Assembly (NCBI RefSeq): GCF_006345805.1 | Contig: NC_043006.1 | Location: 28,086,001-28,150,000 of the forward strand | Source: Octopus sinensis | Lineage: Eukaryota | Length of the DNA: 64,000 nucleotides | Direction: 5' to 3' | In this document: positions 1 to 11,510 of the stretch, in pieces | Layout of the letters: the number at the start of each line of letters is the position of its first letter | Position numbering within the stretch: the first letter of the stretch is position 1 | Made by a program: the position numbers and the translations under genes | The notes under the pieces: generated by a model | What the model was told of the DNA's origin: nothing | Databases searched by the model: none | The model's input: only the letters and a program-made list of their open reading frames with translations

Positions 1-139
1 TACAGATACAACACAGGCTATGCTTTCAGGTTTTTTAGATAGAGTTTTTAGAAATAACCCAACAGGTTTACCATTAATTTTGTGAAATATTCATGGATCC
101 CGCTAGTCTAAATTAAAACCTTCCATCAAAATTTCATCT

Positions 140-345
140 TTTATTCTTTATTTATTTTAGTTATAAGACTATGGCCATACTAGAGCTGTCTTGACGGGCT
201 TAGTTTAAACAAACTGAGCCGGGTACTTATTCTATTGATCTCTTTTGATGAACTGCTAAGTTACAGTGTGGTGGACTAACAAAGACACACAAACACACAT
301 ACATAACAGGCTTCTGCACAACTTTTTTCTACCAAATTCACTCAA
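140..345 (-). mobile_element. Degenerate SINE (same tail type as 18902-19135 and 58197-58360)
   Basis: Shares the ggccat(g)ct(g)gagc..tacttattctat..gaac(c)gctaagttac motifs with the other copies. Confidence 0.6.
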
Positions 346-594
346 GTTGCTGGTTACATGTAACTTGCTTAACCATACAAATTATTCATCTACTCCTAAG
401 TTTCTTAGGCACCACCAGTTAACAGGCATAGTACCCTATCAAAAAGCCTTCTATATACTGATGAATGTGAGGCAGAGTGGCTTATTTCTAATTAAGTACT
501 TCTGCATTTGTCTCACTAGGAAAAGCGCACTGATAATACCTCTTTCTGACAAAAAACTGAACTGTATCTCATTTATGCTGTCTTCTTACTCAGT

Positions 595-604
<10 letters not shown>

Positions 605-684
<80 letters not shown>
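605..684. repeat. (AG)n microsatellite
   Basis: Direct dinucleotide run. Confidence 0.95.
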
Positions 685-688
<4 letters not shown>

Positions 689-708
689 AAGACAAAAGAA
701 ATTCTTAC

Positions 709-768
709 CTTTATCCTTAGGAACTGAAATAAACCTGTTAACTAAAGGTTCTTTTTCAATGATATAAT
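709..768 (-). CDS. TRAPPC5: TRAPPC5 coding exon 5 (gene continues beyond window start)
   Basis: tgtacAG acceptor; (Y)YIIEKEPLVNRFISVPKDK(G) matches TRAPPC5 FYIIEREPLINTYISVPK; GTAAGA donor. Confidence 0.95.
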
Positions 769-919
769 CTGTACAAAAAAGTTAAAGACAAACAACTGGG
801 TAGGGTCCTATTTCACAGGAAAGGTCAACAACACAGATATAATTAATTTATATGATGAAGATATTAAGAGTAAAATGAACAAGAACAGAATATGCTAGAG
901 TGTGTGTGTGTGTGTATAT

Positions 920-1976
920 AAATGTATGTATTTCGGGTTACACTAAGAACTGGTGAATGGTACAAGTCAAATATAACAAACTACTCCAAATCATTGTTAG
1001 AGTATCCACATAAGTGGAATCAAGACTAGCATTGAGTCATCTAAGTTACAATAATGAAGTGAAACCAAATAGTGATATTTAGAAATCACTTAATATGTAT
1101 GTTTCAGGTTTGTGTAACATATAATTGGAAATGCATCCATTATGTAAACTTTCCACAGTAAAAACAAGGTTTGCATAATGGATGCATTTCCTTATTATAC
1201 AGGGTGTCCATAAAGTCTCTTTACAATCTTAAAATTTTATTACAAAGGCAGTTGACAAGATATCATAAACAGATTTGTTTTATTGTAATAATTGTTTATT
1301 AAAGTTTTTTTAACTGTTATTTAATAGACCTCAATATGGGCACCATTAGTTGCACGAAGCACATCAAGATGGTACTCGATTTCTTGCCATGTTCGCTGTA
1401 GGATAGCCTCATCAACGGTGGCAATGGCATTACGAATCCTTTGCTTCAAGTCAGCAATGTCCTGTATCTTTGTTTGATACACGATATCTTTTACATGACC
1501 CCAAAAAACGAAGTCCAAGGGAGTGATATCTGGCGAATGCATTGGCCCATCCCTTCCAATCCATCGGTCTGGAAATGTTTGATTGAGGAACTGAGGAACA
1601 TGCCGTCCCCAATGTGGTGGTGCACCATCTTGCTGGAAAATGATGGTTGGTTGTAAATCAATCAGTTGTGGTGCCACATATTTGGTCAGAAGGTCAAGGT
1701 AAACATCTGCAGTAATTGTTGCCTCGTTGAAGAAAAATGAACTAATTAATCGATTGCACATGATTCCACATCACACATTCAATATCAATAATATCTTTAA
1801 TAAACAATTATTAAAATAAAACAAATCTGGTTAAAATATCTCATCAACTGCCTTTGTAATAATTTTTTTGAATTGTAAAGAGACTTTATGGACACCCTGT
1901 ATATTATGCAAACCTGAAATGTACGTATTAACAGATTTCAAAATATTATTCGGTTTGATTTCAGTATTACAACTTA
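920..1976. mobile_element. Foldback Penelope-tail-like element between microsatellites, split by a mariner insertion
   Basis: 1043-1149 is the inverted complement of 1169-1199 joined to 1900-1976; contains a partial hammerhead. Confidence 0.6.
1200..1899 (-). mobile_element. Internally deleted Tc1/mariner (rosa/DD41D-like) transposon
   Basis: ~110-bp TIRs CAGGGTGTCCATAAAGTCTCTTTACAA; TA on both sides; ORF 1321-1761 with FQQDGAPPHW..RWIGR..SPDITPLDF..WG. Confidence 0.92.
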
Positions 1977-1978
1977 AA

Positions 1979-2020
<42 letters not shown>

Positions 2021-2231
2021 GATGGATTCTCTTATCATAAATGATAAATGAGGGTTCAGTAAAATAAAGTGTTAATCATTTTCTATGGACACAAATGTGT
2101 CTCTTGAGACCTGCTGGTGCCTTGCAAACCTTTTGGCAAATGGAACAAGTTAAGGACTCAATTTACTTGAATGCTTGTAGATCATTTACTGTTTTCTTGA
2201 GTGGACAGCAAAGCCTTATATATATATATAT

Positions 2232-2528
2232 AAATCCCAAACAACAAGGGTGAAAAATTGAATATTAATTTGATTAACATCAATTTAAAACCAGTGGTCT
2301 AGCATACTGAAAAATTTGAAGATTCAGAAAAATTATATTACATACATATAAGAGGGATGACCACTAAATGGACATCCATTATGCTAGAAGTAGACTCCCC
2401 CATGGTCCCACCACTAAGAAAGGATTGTTCTCAAGAAAATTTTCTTGAGAACAATCCTTTCTTAGTGGTGGGACCATGGGGGTGCCTAATTCTAGCATAA
2501 TGGATGTCCACTCAGTGGTCATCCCTCA
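2232..2528. mobile_element. (TA)n-flanked element with a long, near-perfect palindrome
   Basis: 2352-2440 and 2441-2528 are inverted repeats centred on GAAAATTTTC. Confidence 0.7.
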
Positions 2529-3172
2529 TATATATATATATATATATTATGTTGCTTCTAAAACCTGTGAGAAACCAAGCTAGAAGAGAAAATACAACCA
2601 ATGAGAATAGACAAGACTTCCAAGAACTTAATCAAAGGATTATGAAGGAAATGACAAGATGTCTATGGATGACGCTGTACCATAAAATTGGCTGTGGAAT
2701 TTTCACCAGTACTGTTAGTAATATGATGAACTCTCTCGTTGAAAATGACATGTAAGTGTTCAGCTTTCGCTGAATGACTTGCACAGATGGATTTGTTTAT
2801 AGTGATCAAATGTATATGATGTACATTAGCTCACTCCCTCCATCAAATTGATGTTGTCTGAAAAGGTGCATGGGGTACCACATGCCAGGTGTGGAAGTGA
2901 TCGCAGAGTAACATAAGATGGAGTGTTTTGCTCAAGGACACAATGCACCACCTGGTCTAGGAATTGAAACCATGATCTAGCGATCATGAGTGCAACACCC
3001 TAACCACTAGGTCATGCATCCTCACTTAGTAATAAAATAATAATACAATATCTCAAAAGGGGTAGAACCTTTTATATAAGAAAAGATGAACAATGGAATT
3101 GCTTTCAAGTAAGGTAATATTTCCTCTAGACTGGACATGTTTTACAGAAGACTAGAAATGATTTGTCTTGTA

Positions 3173-4630
3173 CAGGGCGGGGCAGAAAGGATGGACGTTT
3201 TTGAAATGGCTATTACTCAGCCCCAGTGGGAGGGACATATGTCCGACAGGTACCATTCGGCCTGTAGTGTCTTAGCATTTACTTTTCTTTTCAGGTGAAG
3301 CCATGGCATTGTGGATGAGAGAGCATTGTGTGTTTGCCTACAACAGTTACAGGAAGAATAACAAGTCTACCATAGTAGTTCAGCATGAGTTTCAGTGCCA
3401 CTTCAACATTCACTGAAATCAAGCTGTTCCCACTAGTTACACAATCTTACGTTGGGTAAATGAACTTCATACACAAGGTACATTAATGAATAGGAAATGG
3501 GTGGAGGTGCCATGAATGGTATGAACATCGGAAAATGTGGAATGTGTCAGACAAAATTTGATATGGAGTCCAAATCACTCTGCTTGGAGGCATTGCACTG
3601 AACTTGACATTGGTCATTGATTATTAAGGCGTATTTTGCATGAAGACCTGCATTTCTACCCATACTAATTGGTCATTGGGCAATAGTTGAAACTATGGGA
3701 CTATGCACAGTGGCTTAATTTCACACATCAGATAGAGGCAAATGGCAACCTCATTTTCATCTCAATGGCATGCTAAATCAACAAAACTGTCATTATTGGG
3801 CTCTTGAAAATCCGAGAGAACTGCACGAAAGCCCAAAGGTGACAGTCTGTGTGCTGTTGGAAAAGCTGTCGTCATTAGTCCTTACATTTTTGAAGACAAT
3901 AATGGAAATGCTGCTACTGTGAACTCTGAGCATTACATCGAGATGATAAACAACTTCTTTGTACCTGAACTATGACAAAAATGTATGCCTATATGATGTG
4001 TGCTTTCAGCAGGATGGGGTGATGGCCCATGCAGCCAGAGTATCAATGGACGTTCTTCGCCCTCTCTTCAGTGACTACCTCATTTTCAGGTTTGCTGACG
4101 TTCCTTGGTCCCCTCAGTCTCCTGGTTTGTCCATGTGTGGTTATTTCTTGAGGGGAAACCTCAAGGCGCGTACTATCATCATGTTTAACGTCCATTCTCC
4201 ATGCTAGCAAGGGTTGGACGGTTTGACCGGGGATCTGGGAAGCCAGAAGGCTGCACCAGGCTCCAGTCTGATCTGGCAGTGTTTCTACAGCTGGATGCCC
4301 TTCCTAACGCCAACCACTCTGTGAGTGTAGTGGGTGCTTTTTACGTGCCACCGGCATAAGCCCCATACATTGGATGATTTGAAGGAAGCTATTCAAGTGG
4401 AAGTCACCCAAATTAACAATGCTAGAGAGAGTGGAAGCCAACTTCCAAGAATGCCTTCAGAAATGCATCAATGAAAACAGACACCTCATGATGGATGTTG
4501 TTTTCCACACTTGATTTTGACAAATGCTAATTAAATACGAACACATTGATGTCAATAAAATTTGTTTGCAGCTAAAATTACTGATTCTTGTGAATTTTTC
4601 AAAAACGTCCATCCTCTCTGGCCCACCCAG
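3173..4630 (+). mobile_element. Degenerate full-length Tc1/mariner (rosa/DD41D-like) with an inserted retroposon tail at about 4173-4360
   Basis: TIRs CAGGGCGGGGCAGAAAGGATGGACGTTTTTGAAA / TTTCAAAAACGTCCATCCTCTCTGGCCCACCCAG; TA flanks; remnants FQQDG..WSPQSPGLSMCGYFL with stops and frameshifts. Confidence 0.88.
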
Positions 4631-4753
4631 TATGACAGTGATGTTCACTTACAACCATCACATGATATCAAGACAAAGAAATATAAACACACACACAAAC
4701 ATAAAAAAAAAATAACCTAAGAGAAATAACTCAGACTGGCCAGGCAGAAAAAA

Positions 4754-4984
4754 GCGGCAAGTTGGCAGAAACATTAGCACTCCGGGCGAAATGCGTAGCC
4801 GTATTTCGTCTGCCGTTACGTTCTGAGTTCAAATTCCGCCGAGGTTGACTTCGCCTTTCATCCTTTTGTGGTCGATAAATTAAGTACCAGTTACGCACTG
4901 AGGTCGATATAATCGACTTAATCTGTTTGTCTGTCCTTGTTTGTCCCCTCAGTGTGTAGCCCCTTGTGGGTAGTAAAGAAATAG
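4754..4984 (+). mobile_element. tRNA-derived SINE, full length
   Basis: A-box TGGCAGAAAC, B-box GAGTTCAAATTCC, central CCTTTCATCC..GGTCGATAAATTAAGTACC; many copies in the window. Confidence 0.88.
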
Positions 4985-5495
4985 GTATGTATATGACCAA
5001 CATAAACAAGTACAGATATATCAAATACCATACAATATAGATTCTTGATTAATAAAATTATCTCTGTGTTGAGAGGATGTGTAACATTTACCAAATGGCA
5101 ATTGAGACAGCTCCATATAAGCAGGGGAGATAAGCTCAAGAATCCGTCAAAGTTGACATGCCATTAAGGAAACAGTTAGACATACTGTCTGGATATAAGA
5201 GGGCAATTGTAGACTGTCTTACACACACACACATGAGCTTCTTGCAAATTCTGTCTATCAAATCTACTCACAATGCTTTCACTGGCCTTAAAAGTCACTT
5301 AACTAAGGAGCCACACAAATTTCTAATAACTGTGTCAGTAATATATTATATTAATGCAGTATGTATTAGTAATCTTCCTCATCTATAAACCCATCTAAAC
5401 AATTATAGAACGGACATACAGAACAACTGATATCACTTCTTAGTGGTTGTTGTGAGAGTTCAAACATACAGTGAAAAGTAAGTTGAAAAGGATAC

Positions 5496-5553
5496 ATGTA
5501 CGTTCATCATCATTTGCATGTTCTAGCTTATCAGCTTCTTTCCCAAATAATGT
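5496..5553 (-). CDS. TRAPPC5: TRAPPC5 coding exon 4
   Basis: ctttcAG acceptor; TLFGKEADKLEHANDDERT; donor GTATCCTTTT, phase 1. Confidence 0.95.
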
Positions 5554-6244
5554 CTGAAAGAAGAAAAATTAAGGAAAAAACAGTGGATGGAAATATTCGT
5601 TTCTCTTTACTTGTAATTTTTCTTTTTTGAATCGTTTTTTGTACCCAATTTTCGAGGTGTGGCTAAGACGCTTGTTTCCCAACCAAAAAAGAGGGGAGGG
5701 CCATGGCTGGAATAGTTTTGACATAGGCCTGCTCAGTCAGAGCTAACCTGGGACTAAACAATTTATTATATCCCCTGGAGAGGTGAATAGCATAGTCAAT
5801 TTGTACAACATTTGAACTCAACTGCAATGTTACTAAATGTGTTGCTTTACTCTCATGGTTATCTTTATCAAACTTAATTTTTAGACTTTAAAAATTCAAT
5901 TAAGAATCAACTTTGGTTTCCCAATACCTTAATATAGGGATCTCTTGGACTACTATTAATAAAGCTGACTCCTAAAATATCTTCATCATTCCATATTAAG
6001 ATAAAATAGATGCAGTGAGTATTAGCTACTCATGAAGTCACTGATGAGTTAGGTTATGGGTCAAGTAAAGTATTGATCAAATCATCATTTTGTATCTTTA
6101 GGGCAGCACTAGTCAATGTGTTCCTTCCTTTTTCCAAGTCGATTATGTGTTAGTCTACCAACATGTGGCATAGCAAAAGCCATATATAGTCAAGACAATA
6201 AGAAATGTTAGATTGGCAAATTGTAACTTGTCCTTGACTATTTA

Positions 6245-6312
6245 TGTCTATACTATATACTATACTATACATATACTATATATGTCTATACTATATATGT
6301 CTATACTATATA
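6245..6312. repeat. (CTATACTATATATGT)n-like minisatellite
   Basis: About four degenerate tandem units. Confidence 0.7.
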
Positions 6313-6746
6313 ACTTAGACTATATGTGTCTAAGACCAGTCTACTTAGCTTTATGGAGGTACCACTGCTGCAAACAACAACATTAATATAAAACTGATGT
6401 TACATTAGTTCTCAGAAGACTCAGTTCATGATAGAAGTTGGCCACTTTAAGATACAAAACTTCTATTCCTTCCTTACTTATTAAAAGAAAAATTTCCATT
6501 CGTTCTTCAAATAGAGAATGTTATAGTTTTAGTTCCTTAACAATAAAGGTGAGAAATTTGTGAAGAGCTTTCCACCATCATTGTCATCATTTTAAATTCT
6601 GCTTTACCATGCTTGCATGGGACAAACAAGATCACATTGAGGCAGAGTTTTCAACAGCCAGATGACTATCCTGACACTAATCTTCACCTGCTTCCTAGTA
6701 AGGTAATATTCCCCAAGTCTATTTTCTATAAATTGTACTGACTTAC

Positions 6747-6873
6747 TTTCCAAAGGTTAGATTTCACAAACAGTAGCATATTGAGGAGTTTGATTTCTCT
6801 CTTGTAGCCTTTTTCACGAAGGTAAAGAAGATCAAGGATATGGGAACCAATATGGTAACCAAACTCTGACAAT
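6747..6873 (-). CDS. TRAPPC5: TRAPPC5 coding exon 3
   Basis: ttcttcAG acceptor; LSEFGYHIGSHILDLLYLREKGYKREIKLLNMLLFVKSNLWK; GTAAGT donor; phase compatible with exon 2. Confidence 0.95.
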
Positions 6874-7830
6874 CTGAAGAAGAGAACAAAACAAAATATA
6901 GGTTGATCAAATAAGTAAATCATACAGTATTTTTAACACACTGATCATAAAAAAAATACAAGTTGATAAGGTAATGTCTGGAACTTTGCACAGAATGAAT
7001 ACCAGGAGGGACTTTATTCATAAAGCACTAGTTTTCAGTTCTCTTATCAATGTATGATGAAACACACATACAGGTCTATATACACACACATGGAGGCCTT
7101 CGGCACAGTTTGGTCTAATAAATTCTACTCACAATTTTGGTCAAGGCTATGACAGAAGAAGCATTTGCCTTGAAGTAGGATCAAACCCAAAACCAGGTAA
7201 TTGCAAAGTGAACTCCTTAACTGCACAACAGCCATACCTGAGCTCATGGATGTGAAATAGACATATCCTTCTGGATAAAATGTTAATCTATCACAAGTAA
7301 CATTTTTGGAAGATCTGCTTTTTATACTTAATAGTAAAGTGAAGTGATTAGTGTAATTGAACAGTATCTGTCATATGCATAATTGTTTCAAGTTTTGGCA
7401 CAAGGCCAGCAATTTTAAGGGGAGGAGTAGGGTTAAGTCAATTATATCAAGTCCAATACTTAAGTGGTAATTTATCTTATTGACCCTGCAAGGAGGAAAA
7501 GAAAAGTTGGGCCAGAAGAGATGCTTTTGTCCAAAGCGTTAGCAATCCTGCCAGTTTGCTACCTTTGCTACATACATAATGTAACAAGAAATAGATTTAA
7601 TTTCAAACCTATAGCCAGGGTCAAGTAATTTTTATTGACTCAGATATTCCATTTCTACCTGCTTTATTGTTGCACATACCTCTGCACTGATAGCTAAGTG
7701 AAGCAAGAAAGGTGCACTACTTTATCCCAGGTTACACTGTCTGAGAACCATACAAACTTAAATGCTTCATTGAAATGGACAGCAACAACAAGGATTAAGG
7801 ATTAGTCAATAGAATGAGTGATATACTTAC

Positions 7831-7919
7831 TTATTCTGAAGCTCTGGTACTGTATAAACACGATTCTGACAATACTGGACAATCTCAGAAAAGAGCAAAG
7901 CAAAACTTGCAATGTTCAC
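7831..7919 (-). CDS. TRAPPC5: TRAPPC5 coding exon 2
   Basis: ttttccAG acceptor; VNIASFALLFSEIVQYCQNRVYTVPELQN(K) matches the TRAPPC5 motif EVSLSAFALLFSELVQ; GTAAGT donor, phase 2. Confidence 0.95.
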
Positions 7920-8119
7920 CTGGAAAAGATTAAAAGTTTTTGTGTAAAGATGACAGAGCAACAGGAATACTTAGCATATAAATATTGTCATATTTTATAT
8001 CAGGGTGACTGATGGGACCATTGGTTATTGGGTTCTTATAGTAAGAATCATAAGGGAGTGCCTGTAACACAGTGTATAACAAGAAATTCATTTGAGAGGC
8101 ACAAGCTTTTAAGTATATA

Positions 8120-8365
8120 TACTCAAAATAAGCAACAAGGATATCCAAGGTAGTGTAGTACAATTGTTTCATGCCACTTCATTTTATTAAACACTGTAAG
8201 TATTACATCAGTTTACAAACAATTGTACTACACTACCTTGGATATCCTTGTTGCTTATTTTGATTATAATCACCCCATTTGATTTATATGGATAATACCA
8301 TACCAAATTCTGGTGCCTTTAACTTAAGTACCATATTCATCTGAATCTAAATTTTGCTGAACTTT
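8120..8365. mobile_element. TA-flanked Penelope-tail-like element with inverted repeat (same family as 18668-18882)
   Basis: 8122-8168 inverted at 8217-8263; shares both ends with the 18668 copy. Confidence 0.75.
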
Positions 8366-10812
8366 ATATATATATATATATATGAAGACATGGGATAAAG
8401 TAGTGAGAGCTGATCTCAGGATGCTGTGCCTCAAGAAGGAGATGACAATGGACTGAAATATTTGGCAATATTAGACCCTTGAGAAGACCCGTTTACCTCA
8501 GTGAAATTGAGTTCTGCAAGTGCTGTGTATTATGTGCTCTTCACCCACAGGTTACATTAATTCACCTTATCACCTTGAAACAAACTACATCTCTATACAC
8601 TATGCTTGTCACTCCCCACCCTGCTCTTGCAGTCCAACACCACTTTGTAATCTCTCTCTCTCCTTTCCCCAACCCTGTCACCTGTACAATTGCTATCCTA
8701 CCACTCTCCTTATGCCTGTGCTCATCACTCACTGCATTCCCCTTCTCCTTTTGTCTCATCCACCCTAATTTTGCACTGGTGAACTCCCTGCTCACTCATT
8801 CTGTCCAATCCTCTGTACCATTTCACTTACATTCACTGCTTTGTACTTTAAGGGCATGCCCTGGCATGTGCACCACCATTTTCTTTCTCCGTCTCTAATT
8901 GCGGTAGTCATGCAACTTCTCTACAGCAAGACACCTGTTTCTGTCCTTGTAGCATAGTTTAACCTCTCATCCCTTGGCACAAAGCCACCTCCATCAATAC
9001 CCTTCCCACACTCAATTGAGAAGTATTTGTCTTGCAAGTAACTTGGTGAATCACAGGTGCTGGCACCATGTAAAAATACCCAGTACATTCTGTTAAGTGG
9101 TTTTAGGAAAGGCATCCAACTGTGGAAATCATGCCAAAGCTGACACTAGAGCTTGGAGCAGTCCTCTGTATACCAGCTCCTGTCAAACCATCCAACCCAT
9201 GCCAGCAAGAAAAACACATTAAATGATGATGATGAGTGAATTTGGTAGGTGGAAATTCTGTCATGTATATATATTTATGTGTGTAAAAGCAGTCATGCTT
9301 CATTTGTTAGACAAAAGGAGATATATATATATTATTCACACATGGTACTATTATTTGCCTCCCCTTGTCACATCCTTATTCTAGCTTTGCACTACCCATT
9401 ACCCATTTTGCACAGTCCTCTCATCCTGAACATTTTCCGTCTCTGGAATTTTCCCCCATCTTGGGTCATTCCTGCACATTTTGATCTGCAACAGTTTCAA
9501 TGCAACATTAATAACAGCAAATTACTAGTCTCAGAGGGCTTGATTTTTAATAGACACTGTCCCTTTCTCCAGACTCAGCAAATATTATGAAAAACAAAGT
9601 TGACATCAGAGCACAGGGGATTGGAACAAATACTGCAAGTATTCTCATGCCCAAATGATTTTGTTAATTAGTACCATAATTAAAACCCAATATTTATGAT
9701 GTGGACATTATAACAAATTAATAGCAAAGATGAGTTCTTTAAATATATCAACTTAGCATTGTCAACATCTGTTGTACGTAAAGAAATCAAGAAGTCTTAA
9801 AGACACCGATTCTTTGATGGTGCACTACAAGTGGAATCTAAATGTGTCACTGGTTTTAAAAGTGGAATTTAAGACTTTAGAAAAATTTAAACTAATGCTT
9901 CAGTGTCTTGAACTACGTATTTATTTTTTTGTTACAGGCCAGTATTACTAATAAAACAACATTAGCAACAGTTATATATATATATATATATATATATAAT
10001 TATTATATGCCCGTTATATATACACACACACATATATACATATAGGCAATGCTACATTCGAGAAAATATCACCTTCTTGTTTGTATCGTACAAAACACAT
10101 TTGACGCTTCTAATAAAAGCAAATGTAAGTTTGTATACCCAACGCCCATATATATATAAAATTTTACTATCATTTTCTCGGTGCCACAAAGTAAAAGTTT
10201 GAAAACATGCTGATTCTTAGGCATTAAAGTTTCAGATTTGGAAGAGGAGTGATGAGATGGAAATCAATCAGATTCATGCTCTCCTCAAGCGCACTGACAA
10301 GTGAAATGGCAAAATACTGAAATCAAGTCCTAAAACTATTAATAAATATTCTGATTAAAGACAGGGCTCCAGATTATAGCCAGAAAACTCCATATTCTTT
10401 GAAAAAAAACACATTAATATCGAGGAGAAATGACTGTAATCAGAAATGTAAGTTGGTTTATAGACCAATATAACTAAGGACTGGGAAGCAAATAAGATAC
10501 ATAAAAATAACGCCCATTTTGTAAAGCACCAGGCAAAATAAAATGCTATTAATAAAAGCTCATTAATTAGATTTTCTATCTAAAATGCCCGACATGTATT
10601 GTAAGTATATATATATATATATATAATTAAGATTTGATTAATAAAAAAATTTATTTGAAATTGAAAAGACAAGAAACTAGCAGTTTTCCTTTCGACAATT
10701 TCTACACTGACGTTTAATCAGCATGCTGTACATTAACTGATTACATATACATAAAGAATATATAAAGTAAAATAGACACAACACATAAGTTAAATTAATA
10801 TTTTCTACTTAC

Positions 10813-10875
10813 TTCGGGCTTTCCTTTGCCCAGTGGTTTTTCGAGATTGGAAATTCTCTGCTTTCCACCCGACAT
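10813..10875 (-). CDS. TRAPPC5: TRAPPC5 (trafficking protein particle complex subunit 5/Trs31) coding exon 1
   Basis: ATG at 10875-10873, MSGGKQRISNLEKPLGKGKPE, then GTAAGT donor; phase 0 into the next exon. Confidence 0.9.
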
Positions 10876-11089
10876 GTTGACGGAAATACGGTGTAAACAG
10901 AGAATATGTTCCTACAGAAAAATGATTCTAGTTTACAATGTCTTCCGTCAGTGTTTTTTTCCCCCGTAGCAATGATTGTTTTTTTCTCATTGTTTCTCAA
11001 ACTCATATTTGTTGATAAAATTGTTTTTTTTAAATTTTACTTATTCTACTATTTATTGAGGGTTTATATTTGAATCGAATGTCCCTACA

Positions 11090-11510
11090 ATACATTATGG
11101 TAAAATATTTTTCAAAGAAATTTTCTACAAATACGCTTCAATTGCTGTAGATTCCGATTATATCGGAATTTGTAGTAAACAAATTTTTCCGAGAGTGGGA
11201 AGAGTTTCGGAAAATTCACCTGATTCGGCTTTGTTACCTCGTAGCTTTCCGAAGAATAGGTATTTTTTTTAATGAAATTTTTTACAAATGCCTTATGTAT
11301 GTATGCGAGTCCACCATTTTTTAAATATATATATTAAATTCCTATATAATCCGTAATCTAAACCATCTGAAAGGTATTTGTAGTAAATTTGATTAAAAAA
11401 TACCCATTTTTCTGAAAGTTATGAGAAAAGAAAGCAGACTCGAGTGAATTTTCCGAAACTTTGCTCCCCATACTCAGAATTTTTTTTTTACAATAAATTC
11501 TGAAAATGAT
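11090..11510. repeat. Inverted pair of a dispersed repeat, related to 62040-62390
   Basis: AGTTTCGGAAAATTCAC (~11203) versus GTGAATTTTCCGAAACT (~11444); tttgtag..aaattt..tacccattttt.tgaaagttatgag also at 62130-62340. Confidence 0.65.

Larger units (their letters stand above)
769..5495 (-). other. U12-type (minor spliceosome) GT-AG intron of TRAPPC5
   Basis: 5' splice site GTATCCTTT (5495-5487); branch-point-like TCTTTAAC (788-781) ending 12 nt before the exon. Confidence 0.8.

Noticed and set aside
2285-2310. AAAACCAGTGGTCTAGC as a hammerhead 3' half
   Set aside because: No GAAA and no upstream CUGAnGA
4754-4840. tRNA gene
   Set aside because: A/B boxes belong to a multi-copy SINE head; no full cloverleaf
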